Shown here one piece after another: positions 47,180 through 57,500 of a stretch of DNA of 64,000 bases (position 1 is the stretch's first letter; each line of letters opens with the position of its first letter). The notes beneath the pieces were generated by a model. It saw only the letters and a program-made list of their open reading frames with translations. It was not told the origin of the DNA and ran no database searches. The DNA is taken from the IMG/VR virus record IMGVR_UViG_3300035034_003571, positions 32,001 through 96,000 of that record; one strand, written 5' to 3'. The DNA comes from a virus. Made by a program: the position numbers and the translations under genes.

Positions 47180-50149
47180 CTATTCGTTATATTTTTCGTC
47201 TTTAGGATGATTGTCTCCCAAACTAAGATCGTATTTAGTATGAGGTTTAGCATTAGGAATATCTTTAACTTCTTTTTCTTTAGTATCGTTAAAATCTCCA
47301 TTAGTTATAGGATATACATTACCTAAGGTTTCTTTTCCATTAGCCATTTTCTGTTCTCCGTAAACATTATCTGATGGACCTTCGTAAGATCTCCCATCTA
47401 TTACGTTAGAATTTGGCCTTTTAACTCCTAAATCAGAACCCGGAGAATTAGGATAAACGTCTCCTTCTGGCCCTATATAATCCCTTCTAGGTACACCTAA
47501 ATCAGCTCCAGGAGAATCAGGATAAACGTCTTCACTTAAAGTTTTATTTTCTGGAAGAGTCGGAGTATTATAAACATTTTCGGGGGAATTTAAATTATTA
47601 TTACTTTCAACATCTCCATATATGTCCTCTTTAAATTTTGGATAAACTCTATCAGGTACTCCTAAATCAGCTCCAGGTGAGGTAGGATAAACATCTCCGT
47701 TAGGTTTTGGATAAGCTCTATCAGGTACTCCTAAATCAGCTCCAGGTGAGGTAGGATAAACATCTCTATCACCATCAGGTTTTAGGTAAGTTCTCTCCGT
47801 CCCTCCCAAATCAGCTCCAGGTGAGGTAGGATAAACATCTCTATCACCACCTGGTTTTAGGTAAGTCCTACCCGCACCTCCTAAATCAGCTCCAGGTGAA
47901 TCTGGATAAACGTCTCCGTTAGGTTTTGGATAAGCTCTATCAGGTACTCCTAAATCAGCTCCTGGGGAATCTGGGTAAACGTCTCCGTTAGGTTTTGGAT
48001 AAGCTCTATCAGGTACTCCTAAATCAGCTCCTGGGGAATCTGGGTAAACGTCTCCGTTAGGTTTTGGATAAGCTCTATCAGGTACTCCCAGATCAGGCCC
48101 GGGTGACGTAGGATATAAATCGTCGTTGACACCAGGATAAACTCTATCAGGTAAACCTAAATCAGGTCCTGGTGAAGTAGGATATAAATCGTCGTTGACA
48201 CCAGGATAAACTCTATCAGGTACACCTAAATCTGGTCCTGGTGAATCTGGATATACATCATCATTAACTCCAGGATAAACCCTATCAGGTACACCTAAAT
48301 CTACTCCTGGTGAATCTGGATAAAAATCGCCTTCTGGTTGTGGATAAACTCTATCAGGAACCCCCAAATCTACTCCCGGGGAATCTGGATAAACGTCGTC
48401 ATCAACTCCAGGATAAACTCTATCAGGAACCCCCAAATCTACTCCCGGGGAATCTGGATATACATCATCATTAACTCCAGGATAAACTCTATCAGGAACC
48501 CCTAAATCTACTCCCGGGGAATCTGGATAGACATCTCCTTCTGGTTGTGGATAAACTCTATCAGGAACTCCCAAATCAGATCCGGGTGAATCTGGGTATG
48601 AATCACCCTCTGGTTGAGTATAAATTCTATCTGGTGGACCTCCAAATCCGCTTTCTTGTGGATCAGATCCAGAGAAATAAGCATTATCACCCTCCAATAC
48701 ATCTTGGGATGTTGAGAAGTTGTATACATTTTCAAATATTTGTACTGGTTGTCCGGAAGCTTGAGAGGTTAAATTAGCTACCCCCTCTGTAATCATATCT
48801 CCTATAGCACCTGAAACAAAATTAGTAAGTAAATCCTGTCCAGCTCCAAGTAAATCCCCTACTATACCTTCACCAAGTTTTGGAAATTTTTGAACCGAGG
48901 ATCTGTTGGATTCCCAGCCATCAGACAGAACTAAGGGTAATCCATCTAATCTAATATTTGGATATTGGTTTTTAACCTTTACTCTTCCGACATGAACTCT
49001 AAATGCTTGCGTAGCTTGCTCTGCGGAGGTAGTACCCACATCTAAACTACTTTCTATAGGATAACTATCATCAAAATCAAATTCACATTGGCTACACTCA
49101 TACATCATAACTGGCTTGATCCCTGCTTGATCCGATTGAGCCGCTAATACGTCATATTCTGTTTGTATTCCTGACTGCTGGGTCAAATTACCAACAAAAC
49201 TGTTAAACGACCCTCCTGGAGAAGAACCCCCTGGATATATTTTATTTATTCCGCCCTGAATTTTATTTAAAGCATTAGTAGTTCCTGGGTTCATATTTGA
49301 TCCAAGATATGCACTAAGGTCATCTACCGCTTTAACCGCTGCTGCACTCCCTAAAAGTCTGGCAGTTTTATTTAGGTTTCTTATTTCAGAAACGAAAATA
49401 AACATCTTAAAATATTTGAGGTTCTTAGGTAAAAGCTCTCTCATATACTCAGCATCAAACGTAGAAATCCTATATAAATCAGCTAAAGCCGACATTCTAA
49501 GATTCATAGACTCCAGACAATTAAAAGTTAAAACTTTATTAGCCGTTCTTTGAGCATTAAACGTATCAGTGAATTCTGAATTATAATCAGATCTTGCTAC
49601 TGAACTTAATTCATCTAATCCCTCTATCGACTGGAAAAACCAGGGTGAATTTTTATTTATATTTTGAAGCAATGTTTTAAATTGCTTAAGCATATCAGAT
49701 CTTTTACCCCCTCCTCTTCCAAAATTTAGAGTATCCGCAAGCCCACCTAATTTGTTTCTATCAACATTAAAAAAATCTAAACCTCTATCTAATATTACAC
49801 CTTCTCTAATACCCCCAATACCGTCACTTAATGTAGATGACTGATTAAAATCAAATTCTCTTTCCTCTAGGTAACCTTGTGCAGAATAATAAGCTATACT
49901 GGAGTCAGATGGAAAATGATCATATTCTAGTTGTCCGAAAGGATTTTGAGCAAAAAAACTATTAGTATCTCCAGTGTAATTAGTATCCTTAAATAGAGGG
50001 CTTGGAGGTTGTCCGTATGAATCTACCGGAAGTCCTCCAAAATCAAAAACTATTTTAAATCCTAAATAAGTTGGATCCTCATAATTTCCTTGTGTAGAAA
50101 GGTTAAACCCTTTCATAAATAAACTTCTATCTTTAGCTGTTGCTCCCAT
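47180..50149 (-). CDS. Putative baseplate/tube-initiator protein with 23-aa tandem repeats
   Basis: Globular N-terminus (YEDPTYLGF, PWFFQSIEGL, CEFD), between hub and spike genes; repeat-rich C-half. Confidence 0.5.
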   Translation of the reverse strand: MGATAKDRSLFMKGFNLSTQGNYEDPTYLGFKIVFDFGGLPVDSYGQPPSPLFKDTNYTGDTNSFFAQNPFGQLEYDHFPSDSSIAYYSAQGYLEEREFDFNQSSTLSDGIGGIREGVILDRGLDFFNVDRNKLGGLADTLNFGRGGGKRSDMLKQFKTLLQNINKNSPWFFQSIEGLDELSSVARSDYNSEFTDTFNAQRTANKVLTFNCLESMNLRMSALADLYRISTFDAEYMRELLPKNLKYFKMFIFVSEIRNLNKTARLLGSAAAVKAVDDLSAYLGSNMNPGTTNALNKIQGGINKIYPGGSSPGGSFNSFVGNLTQQSGIQTEYDVLAAQSDQAGIKPVMMYECSQCEFDFDDSYPIESSLDVGTTSAEQATQAFRVHVGRVKVKNQYPNIRLDGLPLVLSDGWESNRSSVQKFPKLGEGIVGDLLGAGQDLLTNFVSGAIGDMITEGVANLTSQASGQPVQIFENVYNFSTSQDVLEGDNAYFSGSDPQESGFGGPPDRIYTQPEGDSYPDSPGSDLGVPDRVYPQPEGDVYPDSPGVDLGVPDRVYPGVNDDVYPDSPGVDLGVPDRVYPGVDDDVYPDSPGVDLGVPDRVYPQPEGDFYPDSPGVDLGVPDRVYPGVNDDVYPDSPGPDLGVPDRVYPGVNDDLYPTSPGPDLGLPDRVYPGVNDDLYPTSPGPDLGVPDRAYPKPNGDVYPDSPGADLGVPDRAYPKPNGDVYPDSPGADLGVPDRAYPKPNGDVYPDSPGADLGGAGRTYLKPGGDRDVYPTSPGADLGGTERTYLKPDGDRDVYPTSPGADLGVPDRAYPKPNGDVYPTSPGADLGVPDRVYPKFKEDIYGDVESNNNLNSPENVYNTPTLPENKTLSEDVYPDSPGADLGVPRRDYIGPEGDVYPNSPGSDLGVKRPNSNVIDGRSYEGPSDNVYGEQKMANGKETLGNVYPITNGDFNDTKEKEVKDIPNAKPHTKYDLSLGDNHPKDEKYNE
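47627..48604 (-). repeat. Coding tandem repeat, 14 units of 69 nt (two of 75 nt)
   Basis: Consensus DVYPDSPGxDLGVPDRVYPxxxx; two further copies at about 47415-47530. Confidence 0.95.
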
Positions 50150-50170
50150 TCTTATATTTATCTTTTTCTA

Positions 50171-51679
50171 TTAAACATCGCCAATACCTGAATCGATTGG
50201 ATAATATTTAGGAAAATTCCCCGAGGTGTTTAAGACCCATGTTTTTTTCCTTAGATTAAATCTTTGCTTTATAGTTCTTTCCTGATCATCATAAAATGCT
50301 TCATATCCGCTAATAACATATAGTCCACTTAGGAATTTATCCAAGACTGGCTTTCCGTCATTAGATTGTAAACCATCCCCAGAATTCCCCTTTCTTTTTC
50401 CTTGCTCTTTTACATAGATCTCTACAGGAATTACCTGTCCCCTGTAAGCGAAAGGTAAATATCTAGAAAATTCTATAACCAATCTAAATTTCATAGAATC
50501 CAAAATATTTATTTCATTCTGAACCTCAGCATGATTATAATTTATATGGGTAGTTGCAGAATCCCCAGTTTTACTAGATCCCGCCCAAATTGTTCTTTTT
50601 TCTTCTTTATATAGATTTTCTGTAGATCTTCCTTTTTGTAAATATGTATTTTCACCTATATCGGAAGTAGTTATTGCTTCTATTTCATATTTACCATATC
50701 CTCCATTTTCCTCTCTTTCGCTATCATAATATTGGATCTCTGAAACATACCCACTTTTGTTAGCATTTTGGCCCGAATCTGAAAGTAGGGTATAGCCTTC
50801 TATAAATATAGATAATCCCCTATTTTCGTCTCTATTACTGAATATTAATGGGATCTCTAAAAATCCTAATTCCATCCCAGGAATTATAGAATCGTCGTCT
50901 AGATTTCCGCCTCTTCCAGTAGATAAAGCTTTTATATTTTCAGCTTCCATTTTTCTTATTGAAAATTGGTTTCCTAGATTTACGAAGTTTAGGTTATAAT
51001 ATACATCCACCCACACATCATAATAAGAAAAATCGTCTTTGTATGAATGTTGAGAAACTTCCATTATGAAATCATAATAGGAAAAATTAGGACATATCCA
51101 AGTCATATTGTCGGTTAAACCCATATCATTAGTAGAAAACCCAAGACCTAAATCTTGTGAAACCTCCAGAAGAGTCTCGCAGGAGGTTTTAGCTCTAAAA
51201 GCTTTAGTCCTTTGTGTATATAATCCAGGGATTCTACATTCTCCTAGTACAGAAAAAGTTTGGTCTATACCATCTGAATTATCTTCTATAATATTTATAG
51301 GGCTTCCTCCAACACTCAAAATATTAAAATCCATTCTTATAGGCTTGTATACGTCACCTACTGCTCTTATATAAATTGAAAATATGTCACCATCTTTAGG
51401 ATATCCTGCGGAAAGAAAAATTCCGTCTGTCATTACAAAAGAAAAACTACAAACTGGCAGAAATCCATTAGTTTCTAATTCAAAAGAGATTAGCTTGGTA
51501 TCAACTCTAACCCCATTAATACTAATATAAGGCTTTTTATAACCAACTTTTTTGGAATCGACATCAAATACTACGGTCTTGTCAAATTCCCCCTCCTTAG
51601 TTCTATCAAAGGTAGCTATAGGATCTAGTTTAATAGATGCTTTAGTAATAGATTTTATTTCGATTTCTGGATTAGCCAT
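50171..51679 (-). CDS. Putative baseplate hub (gp27/gpD-like)
   Basis: Two-barrel hub-like pattern, C-terminal RGQVIPV...DKFLSGLYVISG; between gp53-like and spike genes. Confidence 0.6.
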   Translation of the reverse strand: MANPEIEIKSITKASIKLDPIATFDRTKEGEFDKTVVFDVDSKKVGYKKPYISINGVRVDTKLISFELETNGFLPVCSFSFVMTDGIFLSAGYPKDGDIFSIYIRAVGDVYKPIRMDFNILSVGGSPINIIEDNSDGIDQTFSVLGECRIPGLYTQRTKAFRAKTSCETLLEVSQDLGLGFSTNDMGLTDNMTWICPNFSYYDFIMEVSQHSYKDDFSYYDVWVDVYYNLNFVNLGNQFSIRKMEAENIKALSTGRGGNLDDDSIIPGMELGFLEIPLIFSNRDENRGLSIFIEGYTLLSDSGQNANKSGYVSEIQYYDSEREENGGYGKYEIEAITTSDIGENTYLQKGRSTENLYKEEKRTIWAGSSKTGDSATTHINYNHAEVQNEINILDSMKFRLVIEFSRYLPFAYRGQVIPVEIYVKEQGKRKGNSGDGLQSNDGKPVLDKFLSGLYVISGYEAFYDDQERTIKQRFNLRKKTWVLNTSGNFPKYYPIDSGIGDV

Positions 51680-52239
51680 TAACCATTAGGTGATGTTGTG
51701 TCCGGTCCTAAAAATATAAGACCACTTCTAGTAACTGTTCCTCTTTCACCAACATCTAAAACATTTGGCGGAAGAGTCCCAGTTGTTCGATTTCTAATAT
51801 TTGATTTAGCAAGATTTAAATATTCTTCTCTTCCTTTAGAAACTGAAAATTTCTTACTCTGTTGGCTTTTTCTAAATCTTTGATTAGAATTGCTTTCTCC
51901 TGGAGTTGCGAACGAAATTTCTTTTCTTTTTTCAAAAGCCAATTCAATAGAAGATTCTTCAGGAATGAAGAGTACGTCTCCTTGATCTATAGCGAAAGGG
52001 TTTGATATTCCACTGACTTTCATTAAAGTTCCACATTTACCTTGAGCTCCGAACTTTCTATGAGAAATTAGATCGGGCCTCATGACTTCATCAGATTTTA
52101 TGGTATGTAAACCACTAAACCTAAACCCGGAATCTATTCTTATAGAAGATTCAGTTAAATCCCATATACCGAATCTATTCCCTGATGGTTCTGGATTGAA
52201 TATATTTTTATTCCTTTGATTTGTATCTATATTAAGCAT
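51679..52239 (-). CDS. LysM-like baseplate wedge protein (gp53-like)
   Basis: MRPDLIS..FG.....LMKVSGISNPFAIDQGDVLFIP. Confidence 0.75.
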   Translation of the reverse strand: MLNIDTNQRNKNIFNPEPSGNRFGIWDLTESSIRIDSGFRFSGLHTIKSDEVMRPDLISHRKFGAQGKCGTLMKVSGISNPFAIDQGDVLFIPEESSIELAFEKRKEISFATPGESNSNQRFRKSQQSKKFSVSKGREEYLNLAKSNIRNRTTGTLPPNVLDVGERGTVTRSGLIFLGPDTTSPNG

Positions 52240-52241
52240 AA

Positions 52242-54050
52242 TTACCTTCTTTGACTATTTTGGGTTTTTATAAAGTCATTAACTTGTTCCAAAGCTCCAG
52301 CTCCTTGTAACTGTCCGGTATCGGAATCAGCTTTAGCTTCAGATATAGCATTAGAAGAAACCTCTAGAGTAGATTGATAAAGTCTTCCTCTACCCCTATT
52401 AAACATACTTTCTATTTCGCCCTTTTCTCTTCCTCTCCCGTGCTTTAAATTAAACGTTGCGGTAAATTCAGTTGGGAAATCATCTGGACCCAATTTTTCT
52501 CCAAATTTAATATCAACTCCATCACATATTAAATTTCCTATCATAGCTATAGGATTTAGTGGATTACCTACAACCAAATGCCATTCTCCTATTGGGGCTC
52601 CAGTAAAATATGAAAGATTGAATTGTATATTTCTCATTAGACTACCTGACAGAAGGTTTCTTAAAGCTCGATCTCCAGCAGCTACTGCTTCTTCGTCAGT
52701 CATATCAGTATTTGATATAGTGTCATAAAAGGATGAAGAAAATTGAACAAACTCTGCGGAGCTTCCAACAATTTCGGAGTCCCCTTGAACTGTATTAGAA
52801 AGATTAGCTATTATACCTTCAGAATCTTTACCAACACTAGACATATATGTTTTTAAAAATGTTACAGGGGCAGCATAAAATTGACGTAACCCGTCATCAC
52901 CTCCAAGAAATCCTATAGCGGGAAATGAGTTATCATATCTTATATCAGGTCTTAAAAAAGTACCGTAATTTGTCCCGATAGAAAGGATATTAGCAAACAG
53001 ATCTAGAAATGAAGCTTTAGTATTAACTTGTCCCAATGAGGTTAATTCATAATGAAAATCCAAAGATATGTCTGAATTCTCAAAAGTAAGTCCAGCTCCT
53101 CTATAATAAGTTTTGTCTATAACATCTACGGAGGTAAAAATATAATCTGATAATGGACCGTCAGCGTCAGTTCCCCTTTCTCTAGCCCAATATTGTAACT
53201 TAGCATCAGTCATAGTTCTTTCCCCTTCCTCAGTAGAGGCAGAGGCTAAAGCAGTTAATGAAATCAAAGCATTTTTTATTCCATCTTCTCCGGTTACTAC
53301 TTCCTCTCCTTTAGCTAAAAGTAATCCTAAAATACTTTTAGAAAATCCTTGATCCGATGCTTTTTGGTTTAATATGGAAGAAGCAGACTTTTCATCCCAT
53401 ACCATTCCAGTACTAAAAGAGATTATATCATTTATAGAATTTCCGGTATTCCCTCCAAACCATGTTATAGCTTGAGCTACTGGTTTACCAGCACCTTTTA
53501 GTTTATGTAAATCTGTTTCTTTTACTACATTCGGAAGTGAAAGGTTATCTAACATCGGGGTTGGATATCTCCTCAATGTTACCATATAATTATTTGGAAT
53601 TTTTCCGTAAAATTTACAGTATAAAAAATCTGACCAATTATATGGAGCACTACTTCCGCCTAATATAGCAGAATTTAATGAATCCTCATTCTCTCCTGGG
53701 CTAATTGAAAGGTTAACTAAATTTTGGGCTGTAGGATTTTTGGATTTAGTAGAGGAAATATTTCTGTTAAATGCTCTATTTTCAGAAAGATAATATTCAG
53801 CATTTAATTCTTCATTCTGACCCTGTCCTGATCCAATCCCATAAAATAGGAATTTTCCATATTTTCCATGCTTTCCTCCGTTTTTAGCACCCTGATAAAA
53901 TAAGGTAGCAGCAGTATTTCCCATTGGATTTGATATTCCTCCAATATTACTCATCCGACCTATTACCGAATCGGAAGTTTCCTCCCTTATCGCTTCCGTA
54001 ATGTTAGGGTTTCCTCTATTTGCGGGGTCATAATAACCATCCATTGCCAT
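52242..54050 (-). CDS. Putative baseplate/tail-tube-associated structural protein
   Basis: 602-aa ORF next to the gp53-like gene; tube-fold-like C-terminus (IGNLICDGVDIKFG..LGPDDFPTE). Confidence 0.45.
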   Translation of the reverse strand: MAMDGYYDPANRGNPNITEAIREETSDSVIGRMSNIGGISNPMGNTAATLFYQGAKNGGKHGKYGKFLFYGIGSGQGQNEELNAEYYLSENRAFNRNISSTKSKNPTAQNLVNLSISPGENEDSLNSAILGGSSAPYNWSDFLYCKFYGKIPNNYMVTLRRYPTPMLDNLSLPNVVKETDLHKLKGAGKPVAQAITWFGGNTGNSINDIISFSTGMVWDEKSASSILNQKASDQGFSKSILGLLLAKGEEVVTGEDGIKNALISLTALASASTEEGERTMTDAKLQYWARERGTDADGPLSDYIFTSVDVIDKTYYRGAGLTFENSDISLDFHYELTSLGQVNTKASFLDLFANILSIGTNYGTFLRPDIRYDNSFPAIGFLGGDDGLRQFYAAPVTFLKTYMSSVGKDSEGIIANLSNTVQGDSEIVGSSAEFVQFSSSFYDTISNTDMTDEEAVAAGDRALRNLLSGSLMRNIQFNLSYFTGAPIGEWHLVVGNPLNPIAMIGNLICDGVDIKFGEKLGPDDFPTEFTATFNLKHGRGREKGEIESMFNRGRGRLYQSTLEVSSNAISEAKADSDTGQLQGAGALEQVNDFIKTQNSQRR

Positions 54051-54056
54051 ATCACT

Positions 54057-54407
54057 CTATTCTAATATTTCAGCCCATTCTATATTAAAAGTATATTCTT
54101 CTTTGTTAAATTCTTTTAAGATGTTTTTTAAGCTATCTATAAAAGGATCTCCCAATTCTTTATACGTTACTAATATATCATTGGACCTTGTACTATATAT
54201 TCCTTGAGTGATTTTCTTCTGAATTGAATAATTTATTACAAACTCTGATTCTGGAGCTAAGTCTTTTAGATCATAACCCAGCTCTTTTATGATTTTAAAA
54301 ATGTCGACAACATAGAAACTATTCCCATTAGAAAATCTTCTTTTAGCTTCCTTTATGGAGCATCTTGCAAGATAGAAATTTATTTCCGTTCGTTCGTTAT
54401 CTGACAT
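54057..54407 (-). CDS. Hypothetical protein
   Basis: ORF in co-oriented run. Confidence 0.6.
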   Translation of the reverse strand: MSDNERTEINFYLARCSIKEAKRRFSNGNSFYVVDIFKIIKELGYDLKDLAPESEFVINYSIQKKITQGIYSTRSNDILVTYKELGDPFIDSLKNILKEFNKEEYTFNIEWAEILE

Positions 54408-54421
54408 AAATATATTATACT

Positions 54422-54733
54422 TTATTTAGATTCTACTTCATCAGTAGTATCGCTAGATAAAAACCCAAATGGGTCACTATCTAATGAAAACTCCAGGCCA
54501 TCCATAGAAGGACTATTTAACGAAATACCTTCTTGACTTTCAGTGGATTCTTTTTTAGCTTCCTTTTTTAAATCAAAATTCATAGACCTTTCCAAATTCT
54601 GTCTATGTACTTCCTTACCAGCTCTTATTTTTCTAGCTCTTAGTTCTAATGCTTCTTTAGAAAGGGGGTTACTAGGTTTTTTAAATCCTAGTTGCTTTTC
54701 CATAGCTCTTCTTCTTCTTCTTGCTTCGCTCAT
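54422..54733 (-). CDS. Hypothetical protein, basic N-half and acidic C-half
   Basis: MSEARRRRRAMEKQLG... Confidence 0.6.
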   Translation of the reverse strand: MSEARRRRRAMEKQLGFKKPSNPLSKEALELRARKIRAGKEVHRQNLERSMNFDLKKEAKKESTESQEGISLNSPSMDGLEFSLDSDPFGFLSSDTTDEVESK

Positions 54734-54735
54734 TT

Positions 54736-55302
54736 TTAAAGACTTAAATTATGTCTACTATTATCTTTTTCAATAGGACTTTTTTGTGAAGGGTTACTTA
54801 TATTCATTCCCATGACGAATTTAAAAAGTTTAAGGAATAACCCAGGAATGAAAATATCTCTAGTTTTTATAACATCATTCGCTGGAATGAATTTAAAATT
54901 TCCCTCTTTGTCTATTTCGTTTTCTAAATCAGTAACATCTACAGCAAAACAAGGATATTCACTATCCACGAATTTAGAAGCTGTTGAAGTTCCTAAGTAA
55001 TACCATTTATCTGGATCATCTACAGAAATTCCAGATTTTTCCGAAAGTGCTTTTTTAGCAGAAGAAAGGAGGTCTGGGTCACCAGAATCTGCAATTCCAC
55101 TTAAGGCGGAAACATCTAATCCCCCGTTCCTAAATGGATTTTTTTCGTTAATAACTCCTATTAATAAAGGTAATTTATCACTATCGCAGGTAAATGGCAT
55201 TACTACAACTTCCATTGACATTGATCTTACCCCAATAATACCTTCTCTTTCGACCAATTGATAATCGTCAGTCGAATGTAAGATCTTATCTGATTTATTC
55301 AT
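54736..55302 (-). CDS. Nudix-fold protein with degenerate Nudix box
   Basis: VVVMPF, GIADSGDPDLLSSAKKALSEKSGI, YYLG, CFAVDVT. Confidence 0.6.
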   Translation of the reverse strand: MNKSDKILHSTDDYQLVEREGIIGVRSMSMEVVVMPFTCDSDKLPLLIGVINEKNPFRNGGLDVSALSGIADSGDPDLLSSAKKALSEKSGISVDDPDKWYYLGTSTASKFVDSEYPCFAVDVTDLENEIDKEGNFKFIPANDVIKTRDIFIPGLFLKLFKFVMGMNISNPSQKSPIEKDNSRHNLSL

Positions 55303-55927
55303 TTTCGCTTGTATTTTTAATATCCTCGTAGTATGTATTCAATATAGAATCCGAAAGAGATTTCTTTATATCATCTATATTTAAACTAGAAATGACATAA
55401 TCTACTATTTCCTCTCTTGCTCCATCAAAAGAGTTCGTTAATACAGAATATAGTTCCTTAGGTGGAAGATTTATTTTTATCGAAATATCAACATCAACCA
55501 TATTAGGTTTTTGCTTACTTAATAGCCCATAAATGGGTGAGGCCTTATTTACTTTAACCCCTAGGGGAGAATTCTTAGTATAATTGATCGAATTAACCTC
55601 AGACTTAGAATTTATTTTTGGAATGTCGGAAGGAGTTTCCCCCAAATTAACTGGGGATATGGGGAAAGTTTCTACAAATTCATTTAATAGCTTTTTATTT
55701 AATCTTAGCCCACTTTTAAAAACAAGAAATTCTATACTCCCCTCTTCGACCATGTGCGAAAAATATTCCACCCCTCCTGCATTTTCTCCTTTGATCCACT
55801 GGAATTCGAGTAATTTAAAATCTTCTAATAGGTCCTCTGTATTTTTACTAGTGTCCAGTTCCATTTTATAATCTTTATTTTCCGTAGTTTTTTTCTTTCT
55901 ATTCCAAAAATCCCACTTGAAAGTCAT
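55295..55927 (-). CDS. Hypothetical protein
   Basis: ORF downstream of GGAAC-N18-TATAAG. Confidence 0.6.
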   Translation of the reverse strand: MTFKWDFWNRKKKTTENKDYKMELDTSKNTEDLLEDFKLLEFQWIKGENAGGVEYFSHMVEEGSIEFLVFKSGLRLNKKLLNEFVETFPISPVNLGETPSDIPKINSKSEVNSINYTKNSPLGVKVNKASPIYGLLSKQKPNMVDVDISIKINLPPKELYSVLTNSFDGAREEIVDYVISSLNIDDIKKSLSDSILNTYYEDIKNTSENE

Positions 55928-55955
55928 AATTTACCGTTAATTCGGTTTACTTAAT

Positions 55956-55984
55956 CTTATATCTAAAATTTAGTAAATAGTTCC
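55956..55984 (-). promoter_or_regulatory. GGAAC-N18-TATAAG promoter-like element
   Basis: Variant of the motif upstream of gp32 and the kinase. Confidence 0.45.
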
Positions 55985-56008
55985 AATTAAAATTAGCTAT
56001 TATAGATG

Positions 56009-56935
56009 TTATGTATTATCTCTTATAAAGGATTCTATTTCCTTTATATCTAGATGTGATTTTAGCACTTCTTTGAGAAAATCTATATTTCCCCCAGTTG
56101 TTCTATCCTCCTGAGATTTTCTTTTTAATTCTAATTCGGATTTTAATAAATCCTTTAATGAATTTTCGGATTCTGGAGAATCTTTTATGGTAGGGGAGGA
56201 TATTAGAGAACTGAATATGAAATTTTTCTTTATTTCAGAAAATGAATCTCCAGAAATCTCATAATTTTCATTTTCAATTTTAATTCTACAAGAGTTTACC
56301 TTACCTAAGTATAAGGAAACCTGAGGATCTTTACTCCCCCTTTTTTCATAAATTTCTATAGATGCTATGGGACCTTTATCCTTTCTTTTGAATTTATAAT
56401 ACCTCTCATCGTTTCCGGTAAAAGAATGGAGGTCGCTTTCAAATTTATCTAATTCTGAGATTACTTCCATATTACCAAACTCCTCCATAAGTATTTGGGT
56501 TTCTTCTATACAAATAGATTTCGGGTCTTTATTATGATTTAGTTTTTCTTTGTAATATTCATTTAAATATCCTTCAAGAAATTCATAAAGAGAATCCATA
56601 TTTTTTTCGTCTCTAGCCCACTTAGAATCATTTAATATATTTACCTCCTCTGGATTTTCCATACTTCCTGGAAAATTTATAGAGTTTTGTGGAATTTCTA
56701 TATTTTTAATTGAATCCCCCTTTCCATACGAAATGCTACATATTTTATCTTCCACTACTATAGTCATCCCCGGAAAATTATCCTCCTCCGAATCCTCGTT
56801 AAATTTTTTGGAAACAAATCCTATTTTATTTCCCTTTAGTTTTTTATAGGATCCTATAATGATCTCAGAAGTAGTATCATTAGATTCTTTTAGAAAATCC
56901 TCGTATTTGATAACTTTATTATCTATCATTTCCAA
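56009..56935 (-). CDS. Hypothetical protein, capsid-targeting-like N-terminus
   Basis: VIKYEDFLKES. Confidence 0.6.
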   Translation of the reverse strand: MEMIDNKVIKYEDFLKESNDTTSEIIIGSYKKLKGNKIGFVSKKFNEDSEEDNFPGMTIVVEDKICSISYGKGDSIKNIEIPQNSINFPGSMENPEEVNILNDSKWARDEKNMDSLYEFLEGYLNEYYKEKLNHNKDPKSICIEETQILMEEFGNMEVISELDKFESDLHSFTGNDERYYKFKRKDKGPIASIEIYEKRGSKDPQVSLYLGKVNSCRIKIENENYEISGDSFSEIKKNFIFSSLISSPTIKDSPESENSLKDLLKSELELKRKSQEDRTTGGNIDFLKEVLKSHLDIKEIESFIRDNT

Positions 56936-57365
56936 ATATAACTTTAATTCTAAAATCTTTAGGGTTCATAGATTTATTCATATCTATTTCCACCTTAGTG
57001 GGTTCTGATGGAATCAAAATATCAGCTTTTACCGGGATTATATTTTCGGCTTCAGTATTTTTTCCTGGTAGTATATCTATTTCATATTCTTTTTCCTCTC
57101 CTGAATTTTCCGTTTTAACCTCTAGTTCTATGGAGGATACTAAAAAATCTATGGTACTTATTCCGGAATTCCCTGATAATACTCTAGCTGAATAGTCAAT
57201 TTCACATTCCACAGAAATTATATTTTCTAATTCTTTCGGCTTATTAAATATATCTAGATCCATAGAAGCAACGTCTACACTAAAATTCATATCGGTATTA
57301 AAGCTCTTGTCCTTCTTCTTTCTAGAAGCAAAGGTACCATAATCATAAACTCTTCTTTTTTCCAT
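56919..57365 (-). CDS. Hypothetical protein
   Basis: ORF; GATATATA at 57403-57410. Confidence 0.6.
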   Translation of the reverse strand: MEKRRVYDYGTFASRKKKDKSFNTDMNFSVDVASMDLDIFNKPKELENIISVECEIDYSARVLSGNSGISTIDFLVSSIELEVKTENSGEEKEYEIDILPGKNTEAENIIPVKADILIPSEPTKVEIDMNKSMNPKDFRIKVIFGNDR

Positions 57366-57500
57366 TTACTAGGGTATTTTTGCAGACCACCGTCTTCCAT
57401 ATTATATATCCAAAATACTAAACGGATTATTTTATATCGGCATATGTTGGGAGGTTTAAATATATAAGTAGCTATCAAAAGCTAAAACAAAATACTAGAG

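Noticed and set aside
47415-48604. Regular DNA repeats resembling a CRISPR array
   Set aside because: Units are 69/75 nt, in frame, vary mostly at synonymous positions and have no unique spacers; no cas genes are present.
47415-48604. Diversity-generating retroelement TR/VR pair
   Set aside because: Differences are not adenine-specific and no reverse transcriptase is in the window.
57287-57478. Small minus-strand ORF (MEDGGLQKYP...) right after a GATATATA motif
   Set aside because: It overlaps the 56919-57365 gene out of frame and has no recognisable features; cannot be supported.
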